Shown: positions 34,661-44,287 of the stretch, piece after piece
How the letters are laid out: each line of letters begins with the position of its first letter
Position numbering within the stretch: position 1 is the first letter of the stretch
Source of the DNA: Escherichia coli
Lineage (GTDB): Bacteria > Pseudomonadota > Gammaproteobacteria > Enterobacterales > Enterobacteriaceae
Length of the DNA stretch: 64,000 nucleotides
Reading direction: 5' to 3' (one strand)
Assembly: GCF_003790525.1 (NCBI RefSeq)
Contig: NZ_CP033635.1
The notes under the pieces: generated by a model
Seen by the model: the letters and a program-made list of their open reading frames with translations, nothing else
What the model was told of the DNA's origin: nothing
Databases searched by the model: none
Made by a program: the position numbers and the translations under genes

Positions 34661-36048
34661 TGCAAATCGTCTCTGTCGATATTGGATCGACGTGGACCAA
34701 AGCAGCCCTCTTCGCCCGGGAGGGGGACGCGTTAACGTTGGTTAACCACGTACTGACCCCAACCACCACCCATCATCTGGCGAAGGGGTTTTTCTCCAGC
34801 CTGAACCTGGTGTTAAACGTAGATAATGCCCTCCCCCTGTTTAACAACGGTGAGGTTGCATTGAAGTATTCCTCCTCTGCCAAAGGTGGGCTGGCGGTTG
34901 CCGCAATGGGGTTGGTGCCTTCTATCACCCTGGAAACCGCGAAAGTAACCGCTCACTCTGCGGGGGCTAAAATTGCGCAATATTACTCCTACAAGCTGAA
35001 CCGCCGTGATATCCAGGCACTGGAAGAAACGCAGCCCGATATTCTCTTGTTCACCGGCGGCACCGACGGCGGAGAAGAAAGCTACGGCCTGAATAACGCC
35101 CGTGTGCTGGCAGAATCCAAACTCGACTGCGCCATTATTTATGCCGGAAACCGGGATATTCAGGACGAGGTGCAGGAGATCCTAGGGCATAAAGACCTGA
35201 CCATCGTCGACAACGTTCTGCCCGATCTTGACCATCCGAACCCTTTAGCTGCACGCCAGGCTATCTGCGACATATTCCTTAAACGCATCGTTAAAGGGAA
35301 AGGGCTGGATGTCGTTGTTGATAAAACAGGCGAAGAACCAATGCCGACACCGTGGACAGTCTTTGAACTGGTTAAGGCAATCAGTAATGTCGATCACAGC
35401 TGGAAAGAGTTCATGCTGATCGACATGGGTGGCGCAACCACCGATGTCTATTCCGCCTGTGCCAACACGCTCTCGCCCGACACCGTTTTACACGGCGTAC
35501 CGGAACCCTTCGTGAAACGGACGGTGGAAGGCGATCTGGGAATGCGCGTCTCGGCAATGGTGGTTGGTGAAAGTGCGAAAGAGTTAGTCAATGTGAATTT
35601 TGCTCAGCAACCCGCACAGCTGGACGCTTTTTATCATTACCTCCGTCATCTAGTCGCTCATCCCGACTACTTACCCGCGAATGCAGAAGAAAAATATTTC
35701 GATACCGTCCTGGCCGGACTGTGTGTGGGTTATGCCACCGAAAGACATGCGGGCACCAAAAAAGAGGTCTGCACCTGTGTCGGCAATGTCGATTTACAGA
35801 TGGGACGTGACCTGACAACCGTGCGTAAAGTCGTCGGAACCGGCGGATGGCTCTCGCGTGCCAGTCAGTTCGATATGCATCACTGGTTGAAATACCGCGA
35901 GTTAAACGACGACGGTAAACGCATTCTCTTACCGACCGAATTTGAATATTACCGCGATTCCCGGGGGCTATTACCACTGCTGGCAAACGTCGCCAGAGTC
36001 GATCCGCTGGCCGCCGCGCGCACCAGTATTCAATGCTTAACCCTATAA
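34660..36048 (+). CDS. Glutamate mutase-associated protein L (MutL/GlmL, putative reactivating chaperone), 462 aa
   Basis: Sits between the S and E subunit genes as in clostridial mutS-mutL-mutE operons. Its start overlaps the S-subunit stop (TGATG). Confidence 0.8.
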   Translation: MQIVSVDIGSTWTKAALFAREGDALTLVNHVLTPTTTHHLAKGFFSSLNLVLNVDNALPLFNNGEVALKYSSSAKGGLAVAAMGLVPSITLETAKVTAHSAGAKIAQYYSYKLNRRDIQALEETQPDILLFTGGTDGGEESYGLNNARVLAESKLDCAIIYAGNRDIQDEVQEILGHKDLTIVDNVLPDLDHPNPLAARQAICDIFLKRIVKGKGLDVVVDKTGEEPMPTPWTVFELVKAISNVDHSWKEFMLIDMGGATTDVYSACANTLSPDTVLHGVPEPFVKRTVEGDLGMRVSAMVVGESAKELVNVNFAQQPAQLDAFYHYLRHLVAHPDYLPANAEEKYFDTVLAGLCVGYATERHAGTKKEVCTCVGNVDLQMGRDLTTVRKVVGTGGWLSRASQFDMHHWLKYRELNDDGKRILLPTEFEYYRDSRGLLPLLANVARVDPLAAARTSIQCLTL

Positions 36049-36066
36049 CAATTAAGGCTGCAATCA

Positions 36067-37512
36067 ATGGAACTTCGAAATAAGAAATTAACCCATGACG
36101 AATTCATGACCGAGCGGCAACAGGTACTGAAAACCTGGGAAACCGGCAAGGATGTTGAAAACTTTGAAGATGGCGTTAAATACCAACAAACCATTCCTGA
36201 GCATAAACGCTTCTCTCTTGCCCTGCTGAAAGCAGACAAGGAAGGTAAAACTCTTAGCCAACCGCGCGCAGGCGTGGCGCTGATGGACGAACACATCGAA
36301 CTACTGAAAACACTACAAGAAGAATGCGATCTGCTGCCGAGCACCATCGACGCATATACCCGTCTGAATCGGTACGAAGAAGCGGCTGTAGGGATTAAAA
36401 AATCCATCGAAGCCGGAACCTCTAAACTGAACGGTTTACCGGTCGTTAACCACGGCGTCGCAGCTTGCCGTCGCCTCACCGAAACTTTGCAAAAACCGCT
36501 ACAGATCCGCCACGGCACGCCAGATGCGCGTCTGCTGGCTGAAATCTCGATGGCCAGCGGCTTTACCAGTTATGAAGGCGGCGGCATTTCCTACAATATT
36601 CCGTATGCCAAGCGCGTAACGCTGGAAAAATCGATCCGCGACTGGCAGTACTGCGACCGTTTAATGGGGATGTATGAAGAACACGGGATCCGCATCAACC
36701 GCGAACCGTTTGGCCCACTAACGGGTACCCTGATCCCGCCGTTTATCTCGCACTCTATCGCGATAATCGAAGGCTTGCTGGCGCTGGAACAGGGTGTGAA
36801 ATCTATCACCGTTGGTTATGGACAGGTCGGCAGCCTGACGCAGGATGTTGCGGCGATCCAGTCTCTGCGTGAACTTGCACACGAATATTTTCAGAGCTAT
36901 GGCTATACCGACTATGAATTAAGTACCGTGTTTCACCAGTGGATGGGCGGCTTTCCGGAAGACGAATCGAAAGCGTTCGCTATTATCTCCTGGGGCGCAG
37001 CCGTCGCGGGGATGTCTGGTGCCACCAAAGTCATCACCAAAAGTCCGCACGAAGCCTGGGGTATCCCGACTGCCGCTGCCAACATTCAGGGGCTGAAAGC
37101 CTCCCGCCAGATGCTCAACATGGTCAACGAGCAGAAATTCCCGCCGTGCCCTGCGGTTGAACTGGAAATTGAACTGATTAAGAGCGAGGTTCGCGCGGTA
37201 CTGAATAAAGTGTTCGAACTGGGTAATGGTGATATTGCGCGCGGTACGGTGCTGGCATTTGAAGCGGGCGTACTGGATGTGCCGTTTGCGCCAGCCGCCT
37301 GCAACGCGGGCAAAATTCTTCCGGTCCGTGACAACACCGGCGCGATACGCGTACTGGAAGCCGGAGCCGTTCCATTGCCAAAAGATATTCTCGACCTCCA
37401 CCACGATTACGTTGCGGAACGCGCACGCTTTGAAGGACGCCAACCGACATTCCAGATGGTTGTAGATGACATCAATGCTGTATCCCACAGTAAATTAATA
37501 GGAAGACCATAA
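36067..37512 (+). CDS. Glutamate mutase epsilon (E) catalytic subunit (MutE/GlmE), 481 aa
   Basis: Strong resemblance to clostridial GlmE across the whole length (e.g. QPRAGVALMDEHIELL, EGGGISYNIPYAK, FHQWMGGFPEDESKAF). Confidence 0.9.
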   Translation: MELRNKKLTHDEFMTERQQVLKTWETGKDVENFEDGVKYQQTIPEHKRFSLALLKADKEGKTLSQPRAGVALMDEHIELLKTLQEECDLLPSTIDAYTRLNRYEEAAVGIKKSIEAGTSKLNGLPVVNHGVAACRRLTETLQKPLQIRHGTPDARLLAEISMASGFTSYEGGGISYNIPYAKRVTLEKSIRDWQYCDRLMGMYEEHGIRINREPFGPLTGTLIPPFISHSIAIIEGLLALEQGVKSITVGYGQVGSLTQDVAAIQSLRELAHEYFQSYGYTDYELSTVFHQWMGGFPEDESKAFAIISWGAAVAGMSGATKVITKSPHEAWGIPTAAANIQGLKASRQMLNMVNEQKFPPCPAVELEIELIKSEVRAVLNKVFELGNGDIARGTVLAFEAGVLDVPFAPAACNAGKILPVRDNTGAIRVLEAGAVPLPKDILDLHHDYVAERARFEGRQPTFQMVVDDINAVSHSKLIGRP

Positions 37513-38753
37513 TGAAAATAAAACAGGCTCTGTTCACCGCTGGCTACTCCTCATTCTATTTCGATGACCAGCAGGCGATAAAAAACGGAGCGGGTCATGA
37601 CGGCTTTTTTTATACCGGGGAGCCGGTAACACAGGGGTTTAACGCCGTTCGTCAGGCCGGGGAGTGCGTATCGGTACAGTTGATTCTGGAAAACGGCGCG
37701 GTCGCCGTAGGTGACTGTGCTGCCGTACAGTATTCCGGGGCAGGTGGTCGCGATCCACTGTTCCTCGCTGAGCACTTTATTCCGTTCCTCAACGACCATA
37801 TCAAGCCATTACTGGTAGGCCGCGATGTGGATGCTTTCCTGCCGAATGCCCGTTTCTTCGACAAATTGCGTATTGACGGCAACTTGCTGCATACCGCCGT
37901 GCGCTACGGATTATCACAGGCGCTGCTTGATGCTACCGCGCTGGCAACCGGCCGTCTGAAAACTGAAGTGGTCTGTGATGAATGGCAGTTGCCACGCGTG
38001 GCGGAATCCATTCCATTATTTGGTCAGAGCGGGGACGATCGATATATCGCCGTCGATAAGATGATCCTTAAGGGCATCGACGTGCTGCCCCATGCACTGA
38101 TTAATAACGTCGAAGAGAAACTGGGCTTTAAAGGTGAAAAACTGCGCGAATATGTCCGCTGGCTGTCGGATCGTATTCTGAGCAAGCGCACCAGCGCACG
38201 CTACCACCCTACCCTGCACATCGATGTATACGGCACTATCGGTCTGATCTTCGATATGGATCCGCTTCGCTGTGCGCAATACATCGCCAGCCTGGAAAAA
38301 GAAGCGCAAGGCCTGCCGCTCTACATTGAAGGGCCGGTCGATGCCGGTAACAAGCCCGATCAAATTCGCCTGCTGACCGCGATTACCAAAGAGCTGACGC
38401 GCCTCGGTTCCGGCGTGAAAATTGTGGCCGATGAATGGTGTAACACCTACCAGGATATTGTTGATTTCACTGATGCCGCCAGTTGCCACATGGTGCAAAT
38501 CAAAACCCCGGATCTGGGCAGTATTCACAACATCGTCGATGCAGTTCTTTATTGCAACAGCCACAGCATGGAAGCGTACCAGGGCGGCACCTGCAATGAA
38601 ACTGATGTCAGTGCCCGCACCTGTGTCCACGTCGCCCTTGCCGCTCGCCCCATGCGTATGCTGGTAAAACCAGGGATGGGCTTTGACGAAGGCCTCGATA
38701 TCGTCTTCAACGAAATGAATCGTACTATCGCGCTGTTGCAGGCTAAGGATTAA
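37512..38753 (+). CDS. 3-Methylaspartate ammonia-lyase (enolase superfamily), 413 aa
   Basis: N-terminus MKIKQALFTAGYSSFYFDDQQAIKNGAGHDGFFYTGEP resembles clostridial methylaspartase. Its ATG overlaps the E-subunit stop. Confidence 0.9.
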   Translation: MKIKQALFTAGYSSFYFDDQQAIKNGAGHDGFFYTGEPVTQGFNAVRQAGECVSVQLILENGAVAVGDCAAVQYSGAGGRDPLFLAEHFIPFLNDHIKPLLVGRDVDAFLPNARFFDKLRIDGNLLHTAVRYGLSQALLDATALATGRLKTEVVCDEWQLPRVAESIPLFGQSGDDRYIAVDKMILKGIDVLPHALINNVEEKLGFKGEKLREYVRWLSDRILSKRTSARYHPTLHIDVYGTIGLIFDMDPLRCAQYIASLEKEAQGLPLYIEGPVDAGNKPDQIRLLTAITKELTRLGSGVKIVADEWCNTYQDIVDFTDAASCHMVQIKTPDLGSIHNIVDAVLYCNSHSMEAYQGGTCNETDVSARTCVHVALAARPMRMLVKPGMGFDEGLDIVFNEMNRTIALLQAKD

Positions 38754-38756
38754 CAA

Positions 38757-40127
38757 ATGGCTCGTTCTTTTAAAGTCTTATCGCCAACGGCAATCCTCGG
38801 GTATGGATTCCCGGAAGAGAGCTTCCGCAAAGCGATGGCAGAATCGCCCGATCTGATCGCCGTTGATGCAGGCTCTTCCGATCCTGGCCCCCACTACCTC
38901 GGGGCGGGCAAACCGTTTACCGATCGCGCAGGGGTCAAGCGTGATTTGCGCTATATGATCACCGCAGGCGTGCAAAATAATATACCGGTGGTGATCGGAA
39001 CGGCCGGCGGTTCTGGTGCCGCTCCACACCTGGAGTGGTGCCGAGAAATAATTCATGAGATTGCCCGGGAAGAGCAACTCGCGTTCTCGATGGCGCTGAT
39101 CCCGGCAGACGTTGACAAAGCCATCGTCCACCAGGCGCTGGATAACGGCAAAATCACGGCGCTGGATTTTGTCCCGCCGTTAACCCACGACGCGATTGAC
39201 GAAAGTACGTATATCGTCGCGCAAATGGGCATCGAACCCTTCCAGCGGGCGCTGAAAGAAGGCGCGCAAGTGGTGCTGGGCGGGCGCGCTTACGACCCGG
39301 CCTGCTTTGCTGCGCTCCCGATCATGCAAGGCTTTGATGAAGGTCTGGCGCTGCATTGTGGGAAAATCCTTGAATGCGCGGCAATCGCCGCAACGCCCGG
39401 CTCAGGCTCTGACTGTGCGATGGGCATCATTGATGACAACGGCTTTACGCTGAAGACATTTAATCCGAAGCGTAAATTTACCGAAACGTCAGCGGCTGCA
39501 CACACACTGTATGAGAAATCCGATCCCTACTTCCTGCCTGGACCTGGCGGCGTGTTGAACCTGAAAGGCTGCACATTTAAAGCGGTCAATGACGGCGAAG
39601 TGTACGTCAGCGGTTCTAAGCATGAAGAAACGCCGTATGCCCTGAAACTGGAAGGTGCGCGACGGGTGGGCTTCCGCTGTCTGACCATCGCAGGAACGCG
39701 CGACCCGATCATGATCGCCGGGATCGATAAAATCATCGATGAAGTCAAAACCAGCGTTTCACGTAACCTGTCGCTCGACGATGACAGCATTCGCATCAAT
39801 TTCCACCTGTACGGCAAAAACGGGGTGATGGGCGACCATGAACCGATGCAAACTGCCGGGCATGAGCTGGGGATTGTCCTTGATGTAGTTGCACCGACCC
39901 AGGAAATTGCCAATAGCGTTTGCTCGCTGGTGCGCTCTACCATGCTGCACTACGGCTATGAAAACCGCATCGCTACCGCAGGCAATCTGGCGTTCCCGTT
40001 CTCCCCTTCTGATATCCAGGGCGGGCCGGTATACGAATTTTCCATATATCACCTGATTGAAGCCAACGACGCTCTGCGTTTTGATTTCCATATTGAACAG
40101 GTGACGCCAGAAGGAGTTCAGGCATGA
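38757..40127 (+). CDS. DUF1446 (AtuA-like) family protein, 456 aa, function unknown
   Basis: Family assignment is from recalled family signatures (LSPTAILGYGFPEE...VDAGSSDPGPHYLG), not a profile search. Confidence 0.7.
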   Translation: MARSFKVLSPTAILGYGFPEESFRKAMAESPDLIAVDAGSSDPGPHYLGAGKPFTDRAGVKRDLRYMITAGVQNNIPVVIGTAGGSGAAPHLEWCREIIHEIAREEQLAFSMALIPADVDKAIVHQALDNGKITALDFVPPLTHDAIDESTYIVAQMGIEPFQRALKEGAQVVLGGRAYDPACFAALPIMQGFDEGLALHCGKILECAAIAATPGSGSDCAMGIIDDNGFTLKTFNPKRKFTETSAAAHTLYEKSDPYFLPGPGGVLNLKGCTFKAVNDGEVYVSGSKHEETPYALKLEGARRVGFRCLTIAGTRDPIMIAGIDKIIDEVKTSVSRNLSLDDDSIRINFHLYGKNGVMGDHEPMQTAGHELGIVLDVVAPTQEIANSVCSLVRSTMLHYGYENRIATAGNLAFPFSPSDIQGGPVYEFSIYHLIEANDALRFDFHIEQVTPEGVQA

Positions 40128-40441
40128 AACAGTCAATTGTCTCACTGGCGCAAGTCATTCGTTCGAAAAATGCCGGACCTTACGAACTGGTTTTAGATAT
40201 TTTATTTAAAACGAAAGAAAACTATGAGCGAGTTAAATCATCAGGGCAATTAACCCCAGAACTGATTGCGCGCTTATATCATGTTGAACCTGACTTTATT
40301 CACCGTATTGTCTGGTTTGATCCTTCTAACGCAGTAAAAATCGTCATGCCACGAGATATTATCTCCGGGAATGTAGGTGACAATGATGTCTATGGTGCAC
40401 AGCAACATGCACCTTTATTAAATATGAGTTTCGATTTGTAA
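40124..40441 (+). CDS. DUF4387 family small protein, 105 aa, function unknown; translationally coupled to the DUF1446 gene
   Basis: Start overlaps the upstream stop by 4 nt (ATGA). This family commonly co-occurs with DUF1446 (from memory). Confidence 0.65.
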   Translation: MKQSIVSLAQVIRSKNAGPYELVLDILFKTKENYERVKSSGQLTPELIARLYHVEPDFIHRIVWFDPSNAVKIVMPRDIISGNVGDNDVYGAQQHAPLLNMSFDL

Positions 40442-40530
40442 AAATCCGAATACTTTTAGCCAACTGACATCCCGTCACTTATTGCAGTTCAACACTTCAG
40501 CTATTTGTAAGGTTGTAATAGCAGGTAGAT

Positions 40531-40560
40531 GCCTGAATCTCTATTCAGGCTTCTACTTCT
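40531..40560 (+). terminator. Possible weak terminator or attenuator hairpin between the DUF4387 gene and the transporter gene
   Basis: Perfect inverted repeat GCCTGAAT-ctct-ATTCAGGC followed by TTCTACTTCT; the U-tract is imperfect. Confidence 0.4.
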
Positions 40561-40601
40561 CCTGATTCTGATTTATCGCCGTGCACCTGATGGAGGAAAA
40601 A

Positions 40602-41882
40602 ATGAAGAAAATAAGTTTAACCACGATGATTCTTTTGGCGCTGGTACTTGGAATGATTATCGGCGTAGTGCTCAATAACACTGCTTCACCGGAAACCGCA
40701 AAACTCTATGCGCAAGAAATATCGATATTCACGACGATTTTCTTACGACTGATAAAAATGATTATCGCTCCGTTAGTGGTCTCTACCCTGGTGGTAGGTA
40801 TAGCTAAAATGGGAGATGCCAAAGCCCTTGGTCGTATTTTTTCTAAAACACTCTTTTTATTTATTTGCGCCTCATTGCTGTCAATCGCCTTAGGCTTGAT
40901 AACAGTAAATTTCTTCATGCCAGGCACAGGAATTAATTTTGTTGCACACGGAGCCGAAACCACCGGAGTGGTCGCGTCAGAACCCTTTACGCTAAAAGTA
41001 TTTATTTCGCATGCTTTCCCCACCAGCATTGTCGATGCCATGGCGCACAATGAAATTTTGCAAATCGTGGTGTTCTCAATTTTCCTCGGCTGTAGCCTGA
41101 CGGCGATTGGTGAGAAAGGCAGCGCCATCGTTCACGCCTTAGATTCGCTGGCACATGCCATGTTAAAGCTCACTGGCTACGTCATGCTCTTCGCTCCCCT
41201 GACCGTATTCGCCGCTATTTCAGCATTGATTGCTGAACGAGGACTGGCAGTTATGGTGAGCGCCGGGATCTTTATGGGTGAATTTTATTTCACCATGTTG
41301 TTACTTTGGGTGCTGCTTATCGGTCTGGCCATCGTTTATGTCGGCCCCTGCATCAGACGCCTGACCCGTGCCCTTTCGGAACCCGCCCTGCTGGCATTTA
41401 CCACATCCAGTTCTGAAGCGGCTTTTCCGGGAACGCTTGAAAAACTGGAGCAATTTGGCGTTTCCCCCAAAATTGCCAGCTTTGTCTTACCCATTGGCTA
41501 CTCATTTAATCTCGTTGGATCAATGGCCTACTGCTCCTTCGCCACAGTTTTCATCGCCCAGGCCTGCAATATCCATTTATCCATCGGTGAGCAAATCACC
41601 ATGCTGTTGATCCTGATGTTGACCTCGAAAGGAATGGCTGGCGTACCACGCGCCTCAATGGTGGTTATCGCCGCCACGCTCAACCAGTTCAATATTCCGG
41701 AAGCGGGGCTGATCTTGCTGATGGGCGTTGATCCGTTCCTTGATATGGGGCGTTCCGCGACAAACGTCATGAGCAACGCAATGGGCGCTGCGATGGTGAG
41801 TCGGTGGGAAGGCGAACATTTCGGCGAGGGCTGTCGGGGTAAAGCATTAAAACCCAATGAATCGAACGTTGCTCTGCCCTGA
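40602..41882 (+). CDS. DAACS-family (GltP/DctA-like) dicarboxylate/amino acid:cation symporter, 426 aa
   Basis: LIKMIIAPLV motif and overall DctA/GltP-like topology. Start at the Met preceded by GGAGG. Confidence 0.88.
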   Translation: MKKISLTTMILLALVLGMIIGVVLNNTASPETAKLYAQEISIFTTIFLRLIKMIIAPLVVSTLVVGIAKMGDAKALGRIFSKTLFLFICASLLSIALGLITVNFFMPGTGINFVAHGAETTGVVASEPFTLKVFISHAFPTSIVDAMAHNEILQIVVFSIFLGCSLTAIGEKGSAIVHALDSLAHAMLKLTGYVMLFAPLTVFAAISALIAERGLAVMVSAGIFMGEFYFTMLLLWVLLIGLAIVYVGPCIRRLTRALSEPALLAFTTSSSEAAFPGTLEKLEQFGVSPKIASFVLPIGYSFNLVGSMAYCSFATVFIAQACNIHLSIGEQITMLLILMLTSKGMAGVPRASMVVIAATLNQFNIPEAGLILLMGVDPFLDMGRSATNVMSNAMGAAMVSRWEGEHFGEGCRGKALKPNESNVALP

Positions 41883-41989
41883 GGGGGATCTTAAGCAATC
41901 AGAAGCCAATGACTACGCATTTTTATAAGCCGGATCATGAAGTTAGACGGCAATTAAGTAAAACTAACGTTTAAGGTGAAAAGTGAAAT

Positions 41990-43642
41990 ATGTCCAAACC
42001 ATTTATCTGGCAAGAACCGTTTCTACAAAATAAAGACGGTACAGAATATACATTAATTAGCGATCAACATATTACAGTAACGGAATTAGACGGCGAAGAA
42101 GTGATAAAAATCGCTCCTGAAGCATTAACGCTGCTTGCCCGGCAGGCATTTTATGAAGCCTCTTTTTTCTTACGTTCCGCTCATTTGCAACAGGTCGCCA
42201 GCATTCTTAACGATCCGCACGCCAGTAGTAATGATAAATACGTTGCGTTGCAGTTATTACGTAATGCTGAAGTCTCAGCAAAAGGGGTATTACCCAACTG
42301 TCAGGATACCGGCACCGCAACTATTGTTGCCAGTAAAGGGCAACAGATATGGACCGGAGGTAACGACGCTGAAGCCTTAAGCAAAGGCATTTACACCACT
42401 TTTCAGGAAAATAATCTGCGCTTTTCACAAAATGCGCCACTGGATATGTTTACCGAAGTCAATACGCAAACCAATCTCCCGGCGCAGATTGATATCAGCG
42501 CCGTCGCTGGTGATGAGTACCATTTTCTCTGTATTAATAAAGGGGGCGGCTCTGCCAATAAAGCCGCGCTTTATCAGGAAACCAAATCCCTATTGCAACC
42601 AGAAAAACTGACCGCATTTTTAATCGAAAAAATGAAATCGCTGGGCACCGCTGCCTGCCCGCCTTACCACATCGCCTTTGTCGTCGGAGGGCTTTCAGCC
42701 GATCAAACCTTAAAAGTTGCCAAGCTGGCCTCAACGAAATATTACGACAATTTGCCCACCAGCGGAAACGAGCAAGGACAAGCATTCCGTGATATTGAGC
42801 TGGAAAAAGTATTGCTCGAGGCCAGTCAGCAATTTGGTATTGGTGCGCAATTTGGGGGTAAATATTTCGCTCATGATATTCGCGTCATTCGTCTGCCGCG
42901 TCACGGTGGCTCTTGCCCGATAGCTATGGCGCTCTCCTGTTCTGCGGATCGCAATATCAAAGCAAAAATTAACAAGCACGGTATCTGGCTGGAAAAACTC
43001 GAACACAATCCGGGGCAATATATTCCAGCCTCACTGCGGGAAGAAAATCACGCGCAACATGTACAGCTGGATCTAAACCGTCCGTTGCGTGACGTGATGC
43101 AGGATCTCGCCAGATTACCGGTAGGCACCCGCGTGTCGTTAAGTGGTCCCATCGTAGTGGCGCGCGATATCGCCCACGCCAAAATAAAAGCGCGGCTGGA
43201 TAGCGGCGAACCGATGCCGGATTACCTGAAGCATCATATTGTCTATTACGCTGGCCCGGCGAAAACACCGGAGAACATGGCCTGCGGTTCACTGGGTCCA
43301 ACCACGGGCGGTCGAATGGACGGTTATGTCGATACCTTCCAGGCGGCTGGCGGCAGTCTGGTGATGTTATCGAAAGGTAACCGCAGCCAGCAGGTCACCG
43401 ATGCCTGTCACAAACATGGCGGCTTCAATCTGGGGAGTATTGGCGGTGCAGCTGCGTTACTGGCGCAAGAATATGTCAAAAGTCTGCGTTGCCTGGAATA
43501 CCCGGAGCTGGGTATGGAAGCGGTGTGGATGATGGAAGTGGAAAATTTACCCGCATTCATCCTGGTAGATGATAAAGGCAATAATTTCTTTAGTCAGTTT
43601 GAGCAGCAACACCGCTGCGCCAGTTGCCCTGCGGGACATTAA
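41990..43642 (+). CDS. fumD: Class I (Fe-S) fumarate hydratase homologue, 550 aa; FumD-type mesaconase/fumarase
   Basis: Length and sequence typical of FumA/FumB-class hydratases. Clustering with glutamate mutase and methylaspartase matches the FumD arrangement described, to my recollection, by Kronen & Berg (2015). Confidence 0.85.
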   Translation: MSKPFIWQEPFLQNKDGTEYTLISDQHITVTELDGEEVIKIAPEALTLLARQAFYEASFFLRSAHLQQVASILNDPHASSNDKYVALQLLRNAEVSAKGVLPNCQDTGTATIVASKGQQIWTGGNDAEALSKGIYTTFQENNLRFSQNAPLDMFTEVNTQTNLPAQIDISAVAGDEYHFLCINKGGGSANKAALYQETKSLLQPEKLTAFLIEKMKSLGTAACPPYHIAFVVGGLSADQTLKVAKLASTKYYDNLPTSGNEQGQAFRDIELEKVLLEASQQFGIGAQFGGKYFAHDIRVIRLPRHGGSCPIAMALSCSADRNIKAKINKHGIWLEKLEHNPGQYIPASLREENHAQHVQLDLNRPLRDVMQDLARLPVGTRVSLSGPIVVARDIAHAKIKARLDSGEPMPDYLKHHIVYYAGPAKTPENMACGSLGPTTGGRMDGYVDTFQAAGGSLVMLSKGNRSQQVTDACHKHGGFNLGSIGGAAALLAQEYVKSLRCLEYPELGMEAVWMMEVENLPAFILVDDKGNNFFSQFEQQHRCASCPAGH

Positions 43643-43651
43643 GGAAAATGA

Positions 43652-44254
43652 ATGGAAGCGCGAATTTCAACTGAACGGCATGTGCAGCGCCAGCAGAAAT
43701 TGAAGGAACAGGTCGATACGCGCGTCGCGGCGGCGATAGAGAAAAAAGGGATTTTGATTGTTTTCACCGGCAATGGCAAAGGGAAATCCACTGCCGCGTT
43801 TGGTACTGTGACGCGCGCGGTGGGTCATGGCAAAACGGTGGGGGTTGCGCAGTACATCAAGGGGCAATGGGACAACGGCGAATACAACCTTCTCCAGCCG
43901 CTGGGGGTTGAGTTTCATATTATGGGAACCGGTTTTACCTGGGAGACACAGAACCGGCAAGCGGATATCGACGCGGCGAAAGAGGTCTGGTCGGAAAGCA
44001 AACGGATGCTGGCTGACAAGCGTTACGACTTAGTGGTGCTTGATGAGCTGACCTATATGCTGGCTTACCATTATCTGGATACCGAAGAAGTGATCGCTTC
44101 TCTGCAAAACCGCCCGGCACAACAAAGTGTCATTGTCACCGGACGCGGTTGCCACAGTCAGATATTAAAAATGGCGGATACGGTCAGCGAAATCCGCCCC
44201 GTCAAACATGCTTTTGATAACGGCATTCAGGCCCAGCCGGGTATCGACTGGTAA
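43652..44254 (+). CDS. ATP:cob(I)alamin adenosyltransferase, BtuR/CobA family paralogue, 200 aa
   Basis: VFTGNGKGKSTAAFG P-loop and high similarity along the whole length to E. coli BtuR. Confidence 0.88.
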   Translation: MEARISTERHVQRQQKLKEQVDTRVAAAIEKKGILIVFTGNGKGKSTAAFGTVTRAVGHGKTVGVAQYIKGQWDNGEYNLLQPLGVEFHIMGTGFTWETQNRQADIDAAKEVWSESKRMLADKRYDLVVLDELTYMLAYHYLDTEEVIASLQNRPAQQSVIVTGRGCHSQILKMADTVSEIRPVKHAFDNGIQAQPGIDW

Positions 44255-44258
44255 TAAC

Positions 44259-44282
44259 TGCGCCTGGCATCCCGCCAGGCGC
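44259..44282. terminator. Hairpin between convergent genes (adenosyltransferase gene and LysR gene)
   Basis: GCGCCTGG-catccc-GCCAGGCGC inverted repeat between the two stop codons. Confidence 0.55.
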
Positions 44283-44287
44283 AGGTT

